A stretch of DNA of 64,000 bases from Psammoneis japonica (lineage: Eukaryota), in contig QPGO01000035.1 in assembly GCA_008632985.1 (NCBI GenBank), positions 49,899 through 113,898 on the forward strand, in the 5' to 3' direction. Made by a program: the position numbers and the translations under genes. Each line of letters starts with the position of its first letter. The first letter of the stretch is position 1. Shown one piece after another: positions 1 to 14,400 of this stretch. The notes under the pieces were generated by a model. That model did no database searches and was not told where the DNA came from. It was given only the letters and a program-made list of their open reading frames with translations.

Positions 1-1653
1 CACGAGGCCATGCGCAGCGATGAATCCGAAGAGTGGGCCAAGGCTGTGAAAATCGAAATTGACGCGCTGCTCCACCGACGTGCATGGGAAATGGTGCCAA
101 GAACGGCAGATGTGAATGTGCTGCCCGGCACATGGGCTTTCAAACTCAAACGACTCCCGGATGGCACGCCCTTGAAGTGCAAGGCACGACATTGCGTTCG
201 CGGCGATTTTCAGAAACACGGGATCGATTTTTTCGAGACCTACGCGCCGGTGGTGCAATGGTCGTCCATGCGCCTTCTCCTCACCACGGTGCTCAAGGAA
301 GGTTGGACTGCACGTCAAGTGGACTGCACTGCAGCCTTCTGCCAAGCTGATGTCAAGGAGAAGGTCTGTGTAGAGCCTCCCAAGGGTTTCCAACCAAAAT
401 CGGGCGCCGATCTGGCACTAAAATTGTTGAAAGGCCCACATGGCCTACGCCAGTCTCCCAAGTGCTTCCATGAAAAGCTGAGGGACGGATTGCTCGAAAG
501 AGGATGGATTCAATCCGCCATTGACCCTTGTCTTTATTTCAAAAAGGGTGTGTTGTGTGTGGTGCATGTTGATGACACCGTGTTCGCCGGCGCATCGGCC
601 CAAGCCTTGGAAGCAGAGATTGCCAAGTTGGGCATTTCTGACGATGAGCAACGCCATGTCTTTGATCTACGTGATGAAGGCGAAGTCGGCAACTTTCCAG
701 GTATCAAGATTCAAAAGCTCGAAGACGGCCGATTCCTCCTGACCCAACCCGGCCTAATTGAGAAAGTTCTCCGCACCGCACAGATGACTGAGTGCAACGG
801 CGCACCCACTCCTGCCTTGCCCACTCCTGCTGGCAGCGACACCGAAGGGCCACCGTTCGAAGAGCCTTATGACTGCCGTTCCGTGGTCGGCATGCTGATG
901 CATCTAGCGTCCAACAGCTGCCCGGACATTGCTCACGCGACCCATCAAGTCGCACGGTTCTCCTGCGCACCCAAGGCCTCCCACGCTGCGGCCATCAAGC
1001 GCATTCTTCGTCACCTGAAGGATGCGGCCGATAAAGGACTTATCCTAACTCCAACCGCCGATCAACGACTCGACTGCTATGTTGATGCTGATTTCGCGGG
1101 ACTCTTCAGTGTTGAAGATGGACAAGATCCCACGTCTGTCAAGTCACGTGCGGGACATGTCATTTATTGTGCTGGATGTCCGATTGTCTGGGTGTCCAAG
1201 TTGCAGACCCTCGTCGCACTCTCTACCATGGAAGCCGAGCGTGTCGCCCTCTCCCAAGCGATGCGTGATCTCATCCCCCTTCGCGAGATCGTGAAGGAAA
1301 TCAACGCGCTCGTTTTCGGACAGCCGGACAGACAGACCGACATTTCGACACATTCGAAGGCTTTCCGACACGCCAACGACGGAACTGAGGATTCTCCCAT
1401 TGACTCCACTAACCTCCCAGCATCCGTTGTGTACGAAGATAATGCTGCCTGCCTCCAATTCGCCCGTATGCCAAAATTATCCCCACGAACCAAGCACATC
1501 GGCATTCCCCACCATTGGTTTCGCACTAAAGTTGAGGCTTTGGAGATCAAAATTGAGCCTGTGAGCTCAGCTGCACAGCTTGCTGACCAGTTTGCTAAAG
1601 GATTGACTGTTGATCTATTCCGTACTGGTCGCAAAGCCCTCATGGGCTGGTGA
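1..1653 (+). mobile_element. Ty1/copia LTR retrotransposon pol, 3' part (RT + RNase H); open ORF but hypermutated
   Basis: Copia RT/RNaseH motifs: WAFKLKRLPDG..KAR.CVRGD, ETYAPVV, GLRQSP, (Y>H)VDD, PDIA, YVDADFAG, STMEAE, YEDNAAC, RTKHI, QLADQF.KGL. Many canonical Tyr appear as Cys or His. Runs off the window start. Confidence 0.93.
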
Positions 1654-1679
1654 CTGATAGTTCTCCTTCTCTTTTCGGT

Positions 1680-1945
1680 TGAGAGGGAGAGTCACGAGTC
1701 AACAACCGAGTCTGATTCACGGATGACGCTCCCGGTCATGGATCTCTTCTTCCGGAAGAAATGTCCGTTGAGTCTTCTAGCGATAGTAATCGGAGTGACA
1801 CACACGACCGTTAGGTCATAATGTCATCTCCAATCCCTCGTGAGATCTTCTCACAATTCGTATCTTTAGCGTATCTTATTGTCCCAAAACCTACTTCTTA
1901 TCATCCTCTGTTGTATTGTACAACCTCAAGAGAGTCCTGAACTCT
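1680..1945 (+). repeat. Probable polypurine tract (gagagggaga, ~1681-1690) and 3' LTR of the first copia element
   Basis: Purine tract just after the pol stop. No partner LTR lies in the window, so the boundaries are approximate. Confidence 0.4.
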
Positions 1946-2455
1946 CCATCCTACACAGTGTATTGTTGTATCCCAAGTCTGTGAACTATCAAAGCGCGTG
2001 TGCGTGCGAACGCTCGTGTGCGAACGACACCGGACAATTTATGCACCTCTACCCGCCCGCCACGCCCCCCCCCCCCTCCAAGCAAAGATGCACCGTAACG
2101 TCTATCCTGACTGCAGACAATGGCGTTCGACACGTCGTCGCGAACAAAGTCGACACACCATATGCTGGTGTGGTCAATCAATGACGCATGTGCCCCTATA
2201 TGAGGATTTGATCTTTGGGGTGCTCATCTGTTTCGTTTGTCAGGCCGGTCGATTTTCACGACAATGTTAGAGTGTCGTCGGCAAGGCATAAACAGAAAAA
2301 AAAAGATTGCGATTGCGGAAACTCTGTGTCCATGCATCACTATAACATAATTCTATTGGAGACCATGGGACTTAATGTGCGCTTTGGATGACGTCTTTGC
2401 AGTGTTGGTTTGGCACAGCGCAAGCAGTTGACTCGTCGTTAAGGAGAAGTATCAA

Positions 2456-5400
2456 TCACCATCCAAGGCGACCACCTCCTTTGGAACGGTTGTTGTTTCG
2501 CGGTCGCCTGGTTATGCGATAGCGTGGAGTTGGACGCCGGGAGTAGTAGGTATTGCGTGGAGTTGGACGCCGGGAGTAGGAGTTATTGCGTGGAGTTGGA
2601 CGCCGGGAGTAGGAGTTATTGCGTGGAGTAGGAGTTCTTCCAAGAGACGGACACGCCCGCTTGTTGAGGCGCTGTAACAACAGTTTTGCTTCCTGATTGT
2701 TGCCGGTTTCGTACGCTTGTTTGACAAAGCGAATGACGTTTTTGGCGGATAGCCCATACGCAACCTTTCGATTGGCTGCATTCAGAAGCGCAGCGACAGC
2801 CTGTCGGCCGAGTGCCTCCTTTGCACCTGATCCGCCTTGCCTTAGCACAAAGAAAAGGCTCTTTCGAGGAAAGGCCCTCACTCCAAACACATTGTCAAAC
2901 ATATCGCTTTTTCGATAACGCTGCCAATTTCTTTTGGGTTGACTCCAAACGCTTGGTCGACAACCTTGTTCTGCTCCTCCAACAACACCAACATATGAAC
3001 TAAGGTCTTGATCGGACACCATCATGTCGTTGTAAGTGGCCGTGACAACGCCAATGCTTTCTTGCAGACCCGATATAGCAATCACAGTTGCTTGATAGAT
3101 AAAGGTTGCACCTGGTTTCAACAACGCAGTGCTACTCTTGTCACCTGGCAAGTCAGGATTTCTCAAGACAGGATTTACACCGGCCTTCAATTCGGTGACG
3201 GTGACGTCGGCCAAAGGGGCATCACCCGAATTATATACGTAATACTCAAAGATCAGCTCTTCTCCAACGGGAACAATCAAGCCATCATCTCCGTTAATGA
3301 CGGTGGTTATTTCCACTGCCGCATTCTGTGGCGGCGGAGGATCGGGTATATATGAAGGAGGAACAGCTGTGATTGGCGTGCCGCTTCCATTGCTGGCAGT
3401 TACAAGAATCGGCGCTTCCTCATCGCTCGCAATGCCTGCAGCCTCGTATACCCAAGTCTCATCCTCATCAAGTTCACCGTTGAAATTAAGGTCTCCCGAT
3501 ACCAATTGCGGTGGTCCCACGCCTTGCTTTGGGGTGAATTGTAAATCCGACAGCGCCGTATCTCCATTGTTTGTGACTTTGTACGTTGTAACATTGAGAG
3601 CATTGTTGGCTTCCTCTTCAATGCCGATTTCTGGTTCTGGGGTTATTCCGTAGTACAGGCTCGAGTCGACCACAGAAATGGATACTCCATTGTATTCTGC
3701 AGAAACCCTCCCCACGACACTAAACAAACCGATTTCGGCAACTCCAGCGGTTTCATATACCCAAGTTTCACCTGAATCGAGTTCATTATTGCCGTTTACA
3801 TCGCCAGATCCCAGTACAAGATTGGAGGAATCCGAGCCTCCAGTAACGACAACATTGGACAAGGCAACGTTGCCAGTGTTGGCGATTCGATAAGTCCATG
3901 TAATTGTATCACCTTGGCTAATAACCAGGATGTCAAAGCCGTTTGCGGTCGCTTGGATAGCCACTGATGGATCGGGGTCGACCGTGGGAAGAGGCGTTGG
4001 CTCACCCGTAGTTGGCAGCCGTGATGGCGAAATTGTGGGAGGAGCGGTCGTGGGAGCAGCTGTCGGTGCCTCGGTTCCGATGCCTTGGTAAGAGCTCGAG
4101 TCCTCGTCATTAACGACCACGTTACCAAAAAGACCCGACGCAAATCCCGTGTTGTTAAACTGACCCTGTTTAGCTATGCCGGGCTGTACGAATACCCACT
4201 GTTCATCAAGGTCGAGCAAATCATTTTTGTTGACGTCGCCTTGGATTCGATTTGGCGTCGCCCCCTTATTGTCAAAGGCTGTAATGTTGGAAAGTGGCAC
4301 GTCTCCGATATTGTCCACTAGGAAAATCCAAACTAAGTCGGTGCCAGTAGGAATCGGCCCTGCTTCATTCAAACCATTTGTCAACAGGGTGAGCTTGAGT
4401 GACGGAGACGCTCCAACGTAGGACGTTGAATATTGTGTCTCGAAAATCTCCCCGTTTAACTCGGCCGTGACCGTTCCTGTAATGTTTTGAGATCCAGACT
4501 GGGCGATTTCGATTACCTGGAATACCCACGTTTCTCCCTCATCAAGCTCTCCGTTACTGTTTGTATCCCCAGAAAGCAACGTTGGGGCCATGCCACGATT
4601 GTCCGTAATATCGATGTTGGATAAAGGAACGTTCCCTGTGTTGGTCACGGTATATGTTGTGTTGATTGGATCACCAACTCTCACTTTTGGATTTCCCTCG
4701 TCATTCGTCAACAGCTCAACGCTTAGCGATGGAACCCCTCCCAAGTATGAAGTTGAATATTGAGAAGTGAAGTTCTGTCCGTTTATGTCTGCAGTCACGA
4801 CCCCGGTGATTGTCTGCGGTCCAAGCTGGGCGACTTCTATTGCTTCGAAAACCCACGTTTCATTTTCATCTATCACTCCATCATTGTCAATGTCACCAGA
4901 AACGTAAGTGGGAGTTATGCCACGGGTGTCGGTGAGATTAATGTTCGATAGAGCAACATTACCGCTGTTGATGATGGTGTAGGTTGAGTTTATTGTTTCG
5001 CCGACTTTGATTATTGCGTTTTCAGTGCCGTTCGTTGTGATCTGAAATATCACCGAAGCATTTGGTTCCACTGTTGGCGAGCTTGACAGTAAACTGCTTG
5101 GGTGCGACGAAGGAGCTTGAGAGGGAGCTTCCGATGGTGTTTTGAACGGAGTAGTGCTTGGGGATGAGGTTGGAAGCGAGCTTGGCTCTTTGCTCGGAAA
5201 GGTAGAAGGCATAACGGAGGGAACAGAACTAGGACTGTCGGATGGCATTCTCGAGGGTGTCTGAGTCGGACCACCTGTTGGAACACTGGAAGACTCGAGT
5301 GAAGGTTGAATAGACGGAAACACACTTGGTACCGTTGATGGAATGATAGAAGGTGTCGCTGAAGGTGGTGATGAAGGAGCTTGGGACGGCGAAATACTGG

Positions 5401-8400
5401 GAACCAGCGATGGAGCCTCACTCGAGGTTGAACTTGGACTGTCGGATGGCATCATAGACGGGACACCGGTGGGGATGTTACTCGGCACGTTGGAGGGCAA
5501 ATTCGAAGGAGCGTCTGAAGGAGCTTTGCTAGGCTCACACGATGGCGTTTTCAAAGGTTCCGTTGATGGAGAGGCAGATGGCACACCACTTGGCAAATGG
5601 GATGGGGCCGAGGAAGGAATGCCGCTGGGAACTCCCGTCGGAACTATACTTGGTGTATCAGATGGCACCGCTGAAGGAACTGCAGACGGTCTGCCAGACG
5701 GATCAGAAGACGGGGAGCTTGAAGGATAAGCGCTTGGAGTAATAGATGGAGTTAAGGATGGAGTTGTGCTGGGGGGGCGTACTCGGAACAGATGATGGGT
5801 TTATTGAAGGTGCCGTTGATGGTGCAACAGAAGGTGCGTTGCTCGGCAGATCGGATGGACTAGTTGACGGGATGTCACTGGGAGCAGAGCTTGGAACTGC
5901 TGATGGGTTTGTTGAAGGAATCGTAGACGGTGGCACAGAAGGTACATCACTTGGTTGAGTGGATGGACTAGTCGATGGTCTGCTACTGGGTGCGGAACTT
6001 GGGACACTCGAAGGGGCGTCGCTAGGCTCATATGATGGAGTTATCGAAGGCATGTCACTGGGTAACGAGCTTGGAACCACCGAGGGAATAGCGGACGGGT
6101 TTGTTGAAGGCTTCAAGGATGGCGCGCTACTCGGTGCGGATGATGGTGTTGTCGATGGCGTGTTACTTGGAGCTGCACTTGGAATAGCGGAAGGGCCTGT
6201 GGAGGGCACATTACTTGGAGCCACACTTGGTCGGGATGAAGGAGCTGCAGAAGGCACACTACTTGGGGCAGCACTTGGTTGGGCCGAGGGACTTGCAGAT
6301 GGTGTGTCACTTGGGGCTGCACTCGGGACTGATGATGGAGCAGTAGAGGGCGCAGTAGATGGTGTCGTGGATGGCGTATCGCTTGGTTGAGACGACGGTA
6401 CCGTTGATGGCACACTACTAGGAGCTCCACTCGGGGCAGCTGATGGGGTTGTTGATGGTACAGTAGAGGGTGATTTGCTTGGCTGAGCGGAAGGACCGGT
6501 CGACGGAACCTCACTGGGAGCAAAACTTGGAAGTGCTGATGGTTGTGCTGAAGGCGCTGAGGACGGTGCAAGGGAAGGTGCGTCACTTGGCTGATTGGAT
6601 GGAGTCTTCGAAGGCATGTTGCTGGGTGCAGAACTTGGGACAGCGGATGGGCCCATTGAAGGCATAGTGGAAGGTGACAAGCTGGGAACGTCGCTGGGTT
6701 CGGTTGATGGATTTGTTGAAGGTACACTACTTGGGACCGAACTTGGAATTGAAGAAGGCGTTGTTGAGGGCGCACTACTTGGAGCTGCACTTGGTGCTGC
6801 GGATGGTGTTGTTGAAGGCATGTCACTAGGAGCTAAACTCGGCACCTCAGAAGGTGCAGTCGATGGAACTGTTGATGGCCTCGAGGACGGCATATCACTT
6901 GGTAGAGTGGATGGACTAGTCGACGGCATGATGCTGGGTGCAGCTGATGGGAGTGTCGATGGAACTGTAGACGGTGTAAGAGAAGGTGCGTTGCTCGGCA
7001 GATCGGATGGACTAGTTGACGGGATGTCACTGGGAGCAGAGCTTGGAACTGCTGATGGGTTTGTTGAAGGAATCGTAGACGGTGGCACAGAAGGTACATC
7101 ACTTGGTTGAGTGGATGGACTAGTCGATGGTCTGCTACTGGGTGCGGAACTTGGGACACTCGAAGGGGCGTCGCTAGGCTCATATGATGGAGTTATCGAA
7201 GGCATGTCACTGGGTAACGAGCTTGGAACCACCGAGGGAATAGCGGACGGGTTTGTTGAAGGCTTCAAGGATGGCGCGCTACTCGGTGCGGATGATGGTG
7301 TTGTCGATGGCGTGTTACTTGGAGCTGCACTTGGAATAGCGGAAGGGCCTGTGGAGGGCACATTACTTGGAGCCACACTTGGTCGGGATGAAGGAGCTGC
7401 AGAAGGCACACTACTTGGGGCAGCACTTGGTTGGGCCGAGGGACTTGCAGATGGTGTGTCACTTGGGGCTGCACTCGGGACTGATGATGGAGCAGTAGAG
7501 GGCGCAGTAGATGGTGTCGTGGATGGCGTATCGCTTGGTTGAGACGACGGTACCGTTGATGGCACGCTACTAGGAGCTCCACTCGGCGCAGCTGATGGGG
7601 TTGTTGATGGTACAGTAGAGGGTGATTCGCTTGGCTGAGCGGAAGGACCGGTCGACGGAACCTCACTGGGAGCAAAACTTGGAAGTACTGATGGTTGTGC
7701 TGAAGGCGCTGAGGACGGTGCAAGGGAAGGTGCGTCACTTGGCTGATTGGATGGAGTCTTCGAAGGCATGTTGCTGGGTGCAGAACTTGGGACAGCGGAT
7801 GGGCCCATTGAAGGCATAGTGGAAGGTGACAAGCTGGGAACGTCGCTGGGTTCGGTTGATGGATTTGTTGAAGGTACACTACTTGGGACCGAACTTGGAA
7901 TTGAAGAAGGCGTTGTTGAGGGCGCACTACTTGGAGCTGCACTTGGTGCTGCGGATGGTGTTGTTGAAGGCATGTCACTAGGAGCTAAACTCGGCACCTC
8001 AGAAGGTGCAGTCGATGGGACTGTTGATGGCCTCGAGGACGGCATATCACTTGGTAGAGTGGATGGACTAGTCGACGGCATGTTGCTGGGTGCAGCTGAT
8101 GGGAGTGTCGATGGAACTGTAGACGGTGTAAGAGAAGGTGCGTTGCTCGGCAGATCGGATGGACTAGTTGACGGGATGTCACTGGGAGCAGAGCTTGGAA
8201 CTGCTGATGGGTTTGTTGAAGGAATCGTAGACGGTGGCACAGAAGGTACATCACTTGGTTGAGTGGATGGACTGGTCGATGGTCTGCTACTGGGTGCGGA
8301 ACTTGGGACACTCGAAGGGGCATCGCTAGGCTCATATGATGGAGTTATCGAAGGCATGTCACTAGGTAACGAGCTTGGAACCACCGAGGGAATAGCGGAC

Positions 8401-11400
8401 GGGTTCGTTGAAGGCGTCACGGATGGCGCGCCACTTGGTGCGGATGATGGTGTTGTCGATGGAGTGTCACTTGGAGCTGCACTTGGATTAGCGGAAGGGC
8501 CTGTGGAGGGCACATTGCTTGGAGCCACACTTGGTTGGGAGGAAGGAACTGCAGAAGGCGCACTGCTTGGAGCAGCACTTGGTTGGGCCGAGGGATTTGC
8601 AGATGGTGTGTTACTTGGGGCTGCACTCGGGACTGATGATGGAGCAGTAGAGGGCGCAGTAGAAGGTGTCGTGGATGGCGTATCGCTTGGTTGGGATGAC
8701 GGTACCGTTGATGGCACACTACTGGGAGCTCCACTCGGCGCAGCTGATGGGGTTGTTGATGGTACAGTAGAGGGTGATTCGCTTGGCTGAGCGGAAGGAT
8801 TGGTCGACGGGACCTCACTGGGAGCAAAACTTGGAAGTGCTGATGGTTGTGTTGAAGGCGCTGAGGACGGTGCAAGGGAAGGTGCGTCACTTGGCTGATT
8901 GGATGGAGTCTTCGAAGGCATGTTGCTGGGTGCAGAACTTGGGACAGCGGATGGGCCCATTGAAGGCATAGTGGAAGGTGACAAGCTGGGGACGTCGCTG
9001 GGTTCGGTTGATGGACTTGTTGAAGGTTCACTACTTGGGACCGAACTTGGAATTGAAGAAGGCGTTGTAGAGGGCGCACTACTTGGAGCTGCACTTGGTG
9101 CTGCGGATGGTGTTGTTGAAGGCATGTCACTAGGAGCTAAACTCGGCACCTCAGAAGGTGCAGTCGATGGAACTGTTGATGGCCTCGAGGACGGCATATC
9201 ACTTGGTAGAGTGGATGGACTAGTCGACGGCATGATGCTGGGTGCAGCTGATGGGAGTGTCGATGGAACTGTAGACGGTGTAAGAGAAGGTGCGTTGCTC
9301 GGCAGATCGGATGGACTAGTTGACGGGATGTCACTGGGAGCAGAGCTTGGAACTGCTGATGGGTTTGTTGAAGGAATCATAGACGGTGGCACAGAAGGTA
9401 CATCACTTGGTTGAGTGGATGGACTAGTCGATGGTCTGCTACTGGGTGCGGAACTTGGGACACTCGAAGGGGCGTCGCTAGGCTCATATGATGGAGTTAT
9501 CGAAGGCATGTCACTGGGTAACGAGCTTGGAACCACCGAGGGAATAGCGGACGGGTTTGTTGAAGGCTTCAAGGATGGCGCGCTACTCGGTGCGGATGAT
9601 GGTGTTGTCGATGGCGTGTTACTTGGAGCTGCACTTGGAATAGCGGAAGGGCCTGTGGAGGGCACATTACTTGGAGCCACACTTGGTCGGGATGAAGGAG
9701 CTGCAGAAGGCACACTACTTGGGCAGCACTTGGTTGGGCCGAGGGACTTGCAGATGGTGTGTCACTTGGGGCTGCACTCGGGACTGATGATGGAGCAGTA
9801 GAGGGCGCAGTAGATGGTGTCGTGGATGGCGTATCGCTTGGTTGAGACGACGGTACCGTTGATGGCACACTACTAGGAGCTCCACTCGGGGCAGCTGATG
9901 GGGTTGTTGATGGTACAGTAGAGGGTGATTTGCTTGGCTGAGCGGAAGGACCGGTCGACGGAACCTCACTGGGAGCAAAACTTGGAAGTGCTGATGGTTG
10001 TGCTGAAGGCGCTGAGGACGGTGCAAGGGAAGGTGCGTCACTTGGCTGATTGGATGGAGTCTTCGAAGGCATGTTGCTGGGTGCAGAACTTGGGACAGCG
10101 GATGGGCCCATTGAAGGCATAGTGGAAGGTGACAAGCTGGGAACGTCGCTGGGTTCGGTTGATGGATTTGTTGAAGGTACACTACTTGGGACCGAACTTG
10201 GAATTGAAGAAGGCGTTGTAGAGGGCGCACTACTTGGAGCTGCACTTGGTGCTGCGGATGGTGTTGTTGAAGGCATGTCACTAGGAGCTAAACTCGGCAC
10301 CTCAGAAGGTGCAGTCGATGGAACTGTTGATGGCCTCGAGGACGGCATATCACTTGGTAGAGTGGATGGACTAGTCGACGGCATGTTGCTGGGTGCAGCT
10401 GATGGGAGTGTCGATGGAACTGTAGACGGTGTAAGAGAAGGTGCGTTGCTCGGCAGATCGGATGGACTAGTTGACGGGATGTCACTGGGAGCAGAGCTTG
10501 GAACTGCTGATGGGTTTGTTGAAGGAATCGTAGACGGTGGCACAGAAGGTACATCACTTGGTTGAGTGGATGGACTAGTCGATGGTCTGCTACTGGGTGC
10601 GGAACTTGGGACACTCGAAGGGGCGTCGCTAGGCTCATATGATGGAGTTATCGAAGGCATGTCACTGGGTAACGAGCTTGGAACCACCGAGGGAATAGCG
10701 GACGGGTTTGTTGAAGGCTTCAAGGATGGCGCGCTACTCGGTGCGGATGATGGTGTTGTCGATGGCGTGTTACTTGGAGCTGCACTTGGAATAGCGGAAG
10801 GGCCTGTGGAGGGCACATTACTTGGAGCCACACTTGGTCGGGATGAAGGAGCTGCAGAAGGCACACTACTTGGGGCAGCACTTGGTTGGGCCGAGGGACT
10901 TGCAGATGGTGTGTCACTTGGGGCTGCACTCGGGACTGATGATGGAGCAGTAGAGGGCGCAGTAGATGGTGTCGTGGATGGCGTATCGCTTGGTTGAGAC
11001 GACGGTACCGTTGATGGCACACTACTAGGAGCTCCACTCGGGGCAGCTGATGGGGTTGTTGATGGTACAGTAGAGGGTGATTTGCTTGGCTGAGCGGAAG
11101 GACCGGTCGACGGAACCTCACTGGGAGCAAAACTTGGAAGTGCTGATGGTTGTGCTGAAGGCGCTGAGGACGGTGCAAGGGAAGGTGCGTCACTTGGCTG
11201 ATTGGATGGAGTCTTCGAAGGCATGTTGCTGGGTGCAGAACTTGGGACAGCGGATGGGCCCATTGAAGGCATAGTGGAAGGTGACAAGCTGGGAACGTCG
11301 CTGGGTTCGGTTGATGGATTTGTTGAAGGTACACTACTTGGGACCGAACTTGGAATTGAAGAAGGCGTTGTAGAGGGCGCACTACTTGGAGCTGCACTTG

Positions 11401-14400
11401 GTGCTGCGGATGGTGTTGTTGAAGGCATGTCACTAGGAGCTAAACTCGGCACCTCAGAAGGTGCAGTCGATGGAACTGTTGATGGCCTCGAGGACGGCAT
11501 ATCACTTGGTAGAGTGGATGGACTAGTCGACGGCATGTTGCTGGGTGCAGCTGATGGGAGTGTCGATGGAACTGTAGACGGTGTAAGAGAAGGTGCGTTG
11601 CTCGGCAGATCGGATGGACTAGTTGACGGGATGTCACTGGGAGCAGAGCTTGGAACTGCTGATGGGTTTGTTGAAGGAATCGTAGACGGTGGCACAGAAG
11701 GTACATCACTTGGTTGAGTGGATGGACTAGTCGATGGTCTGCTACTGGGTGCGGAACTTGGGACACTCGAAGGGGCGTCGCTAGGCTCATATGATGGAGT
11801 TATCGAAGGCATGTCACTGGGTAACGAGCTTGGAACCACCGAGGGAATAGCGGACGGGTTCGTTGAAGGCGTCACGGATGGCGCGCCACTTGGTGCGGAT
11901 GATGGTGTTGTCGATGGAGTGTCACTTGGAGCTGCACTTGGATTAGCGGAAGGGCCTGTGGAGGGCACATTGCTTGGAGCCACACTTGGTTGGGAGGAAG
12001 GAACTGCAGAAGGCGCACTGCTTGGAGCAGCACTTGGTTGGGCCGAGGGATTTGCAGATGGTGTGTTACTTGGGGCTGCACTCGGGACTGATGATGGAGC
12101 AGTAGAGGGCGCAGTAGAAGGTGTCGTGGATGGCGTATCGCTTGGTTGGGACGACGGTACCGTTGATGGCACACTACTGGGAGCTCCACTCGGCGCAGCT
12201 GATGGGGTTGTTGATGGTACAGTAGAGGGTGATTCGCTTGGCTGAGCGGAAGGATTGGTCGACGGGACCTCACTGGGAGCAAAACTTGGAAGTGCTGATG
12301 GTTGTGTTGAAGGCGCTGAGGACGGTGCAAGGGAAGGTGCGTCACTTGGCTGATTGGATGGAGTCTTCGAAGGCATGTTGCTGGGTGCAGAACTTGGGAC
12401 AGCGGATGGGCCCATTGAAGGCATAGTGGAAGGTGACAAGCTGGGGACGTCGCTGGGTTCGGTTGATGGACTTGTTGAAGGTTCACTACTTGGGACCGAA
12501 CTTGGAATTGAAGAAGGCGTTGTAGAGGGCGCACTACTTGGAGCTGCACTTGGTGCTGCGGATGGTGTTGTTGAAGGCATGTCACTAGGAGCTAAACTCG
12601 GCACCTCAGAAGGTGCAGTCGATGGAACTGTTGATGGCCTCGAGGACGGCATATCACTTGGTAGAGTGGATGGACTAGTCGACGGCATGATGCTGGGTGC
12701 AGCTGATGGGAGTGTCGATGGAACTGTAGACGGTGTAAGAGAAGGTGCGTTGCTCGGCAGATCGGATGGACTAGTTGACGGGATGTCACTGGGAGCAGAG
12801 CTTGGAACTGCTGATGGGTTTGTTGAAGGAATCATAGACGGTGGCACAGAAGGTACATCACTTGGTTGAGTGGATGGACTAGTCGATGGTCTGCTACTGG
12901 GTGCGGAACTTGGGACACTCGAAGGGGCGTCGCTAGGCTCATATGATGGAGTTATCGAAGGCATGTCACTGGGTAACGAGCTTGGAACCACCGAGGGAAT
13001 AGCGGACGGGTTTGTTGAAGGCTTCAAGGATGGCGCGCTACTCGGTGCGGATGATGGTGTTGTCGATGGCGTGTTACTTGGAGCTGCACTTGGAATGGCG
13101 GAAGGGCCTGTGGAGGGCACATTACTTGGAGCCACACTTGGTCGGGATGAAGGAGCTGCAGAAGGCACACTACTTGGGGCAGCACTTGGTTGGGCCGAGG
13201 GACTTGCAGATGGTGTGTCACTTGGGGCTGCACTCGGGACTGATGATGGAGCAGTAGAGGGCGCAGTAGATGGTGTCGTGGATGGCGTATCGCTTGGTTG
13301 AGACGACGGTACCGTTGATGGCACACTACTAGGAGCTCCACTCGGGGCAGCTGATGGGGTTGTTGATGGTACAGTAGAGGGTGATTTGCTTGGCTGAGCG
13401 GAAGGACCGGTCGACGGAACCTCACTGGGAGCAAAACTTGGAAGAGCTGATGGTTGTGCTGAAGGCGCTGAGGACGGTGCAAGGGAAGGTGCGTCACTTG
13501 GCTGATTGGATGGAGTCTTCGAAGGCATGTTGCTGGGTGCAGAACTTGGGACAGCGGATGGGCCCATTGAAGGCATAGTGGAAGGTGACAAGCTGGGAAC
13601 GTCGCTGGGTTCGGTTGATGGATTTGTTGAAGGTACACTACTTGGGACCGAACTTGGAATTGAAGAAGGCGTTGTAGAGGGCGCACTACTTGGAGCTGCA
13701 CTTGGTGCTGCGGATGGTGTTGTTGAAGGCATGTCACTAGGAGCTAAACTCGGCACCTCAGAAGGTGCAGTCGATGGAACTGTTGATGGCCTCGAGGACG
13801 GCATATCACTTGGTAGAGTGGATGGACTAGTCGACGGCATGTTGCTGGGTGCAGCTGATGGGAGTGTCGATGGAACTGTAGACGGTGTAAGAGAAGGTGC
13901 GTTGCTCGGCAGATCGGATGGACTAGTTGACGGGATGTCACTGGGAGCAGAGCTTGGAACTGCTGATGGGTTTGTTGAAGGAATCGTAGACGGTGGCACA
14001 GAAGGTACATCACTTGGTTGAGTGGATGGACTAGTCGATGGTCTGCTACTGGGTGCGGAACTTGGGACACTCGAAGGGGCGTCGCTAGGCTCATATGATG
14101 GAGTTATCGAAGGCATGTCACTGGGTAACGAGCTTGGAACCACCGAGGGAATAGCGGACGGGTTTGTTGAAGGCTTCAAGGATGGCGCGCTACTCGGTGC
14201 GGATGATGGTGTTGTCGATGGCGTGTTACTTGGAGCTGCACTTGGAATAGCGGAAGGGCCTGTGGAGGGCACATTACTTGGAGCCACACTTGGTCGGGAT
14301 GAAGGAGCTGCAGAAGGCACACTACTTGGGGCAGCACTTGGTTGGGCCGAGGGACTTGCAGATGGTGTGTCACTTGGGGCTGCACTCGGGACTGATGATG

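Noticed and set aside
2520..2632. CRISPR-like array
   Set aside because: No unique spacers; it is an in-frame coding repeat in eukaryotic DNA.
5771..9722. Compensating frameshifts in the giant gene read as programmed frameshifting or phase variation
   Set aside because: Both lie in G homopolymers, and the other repeat units have the intact run. RPS12 and the IGPS-like gene also have single-base losses, so assembly indel error is more likely.
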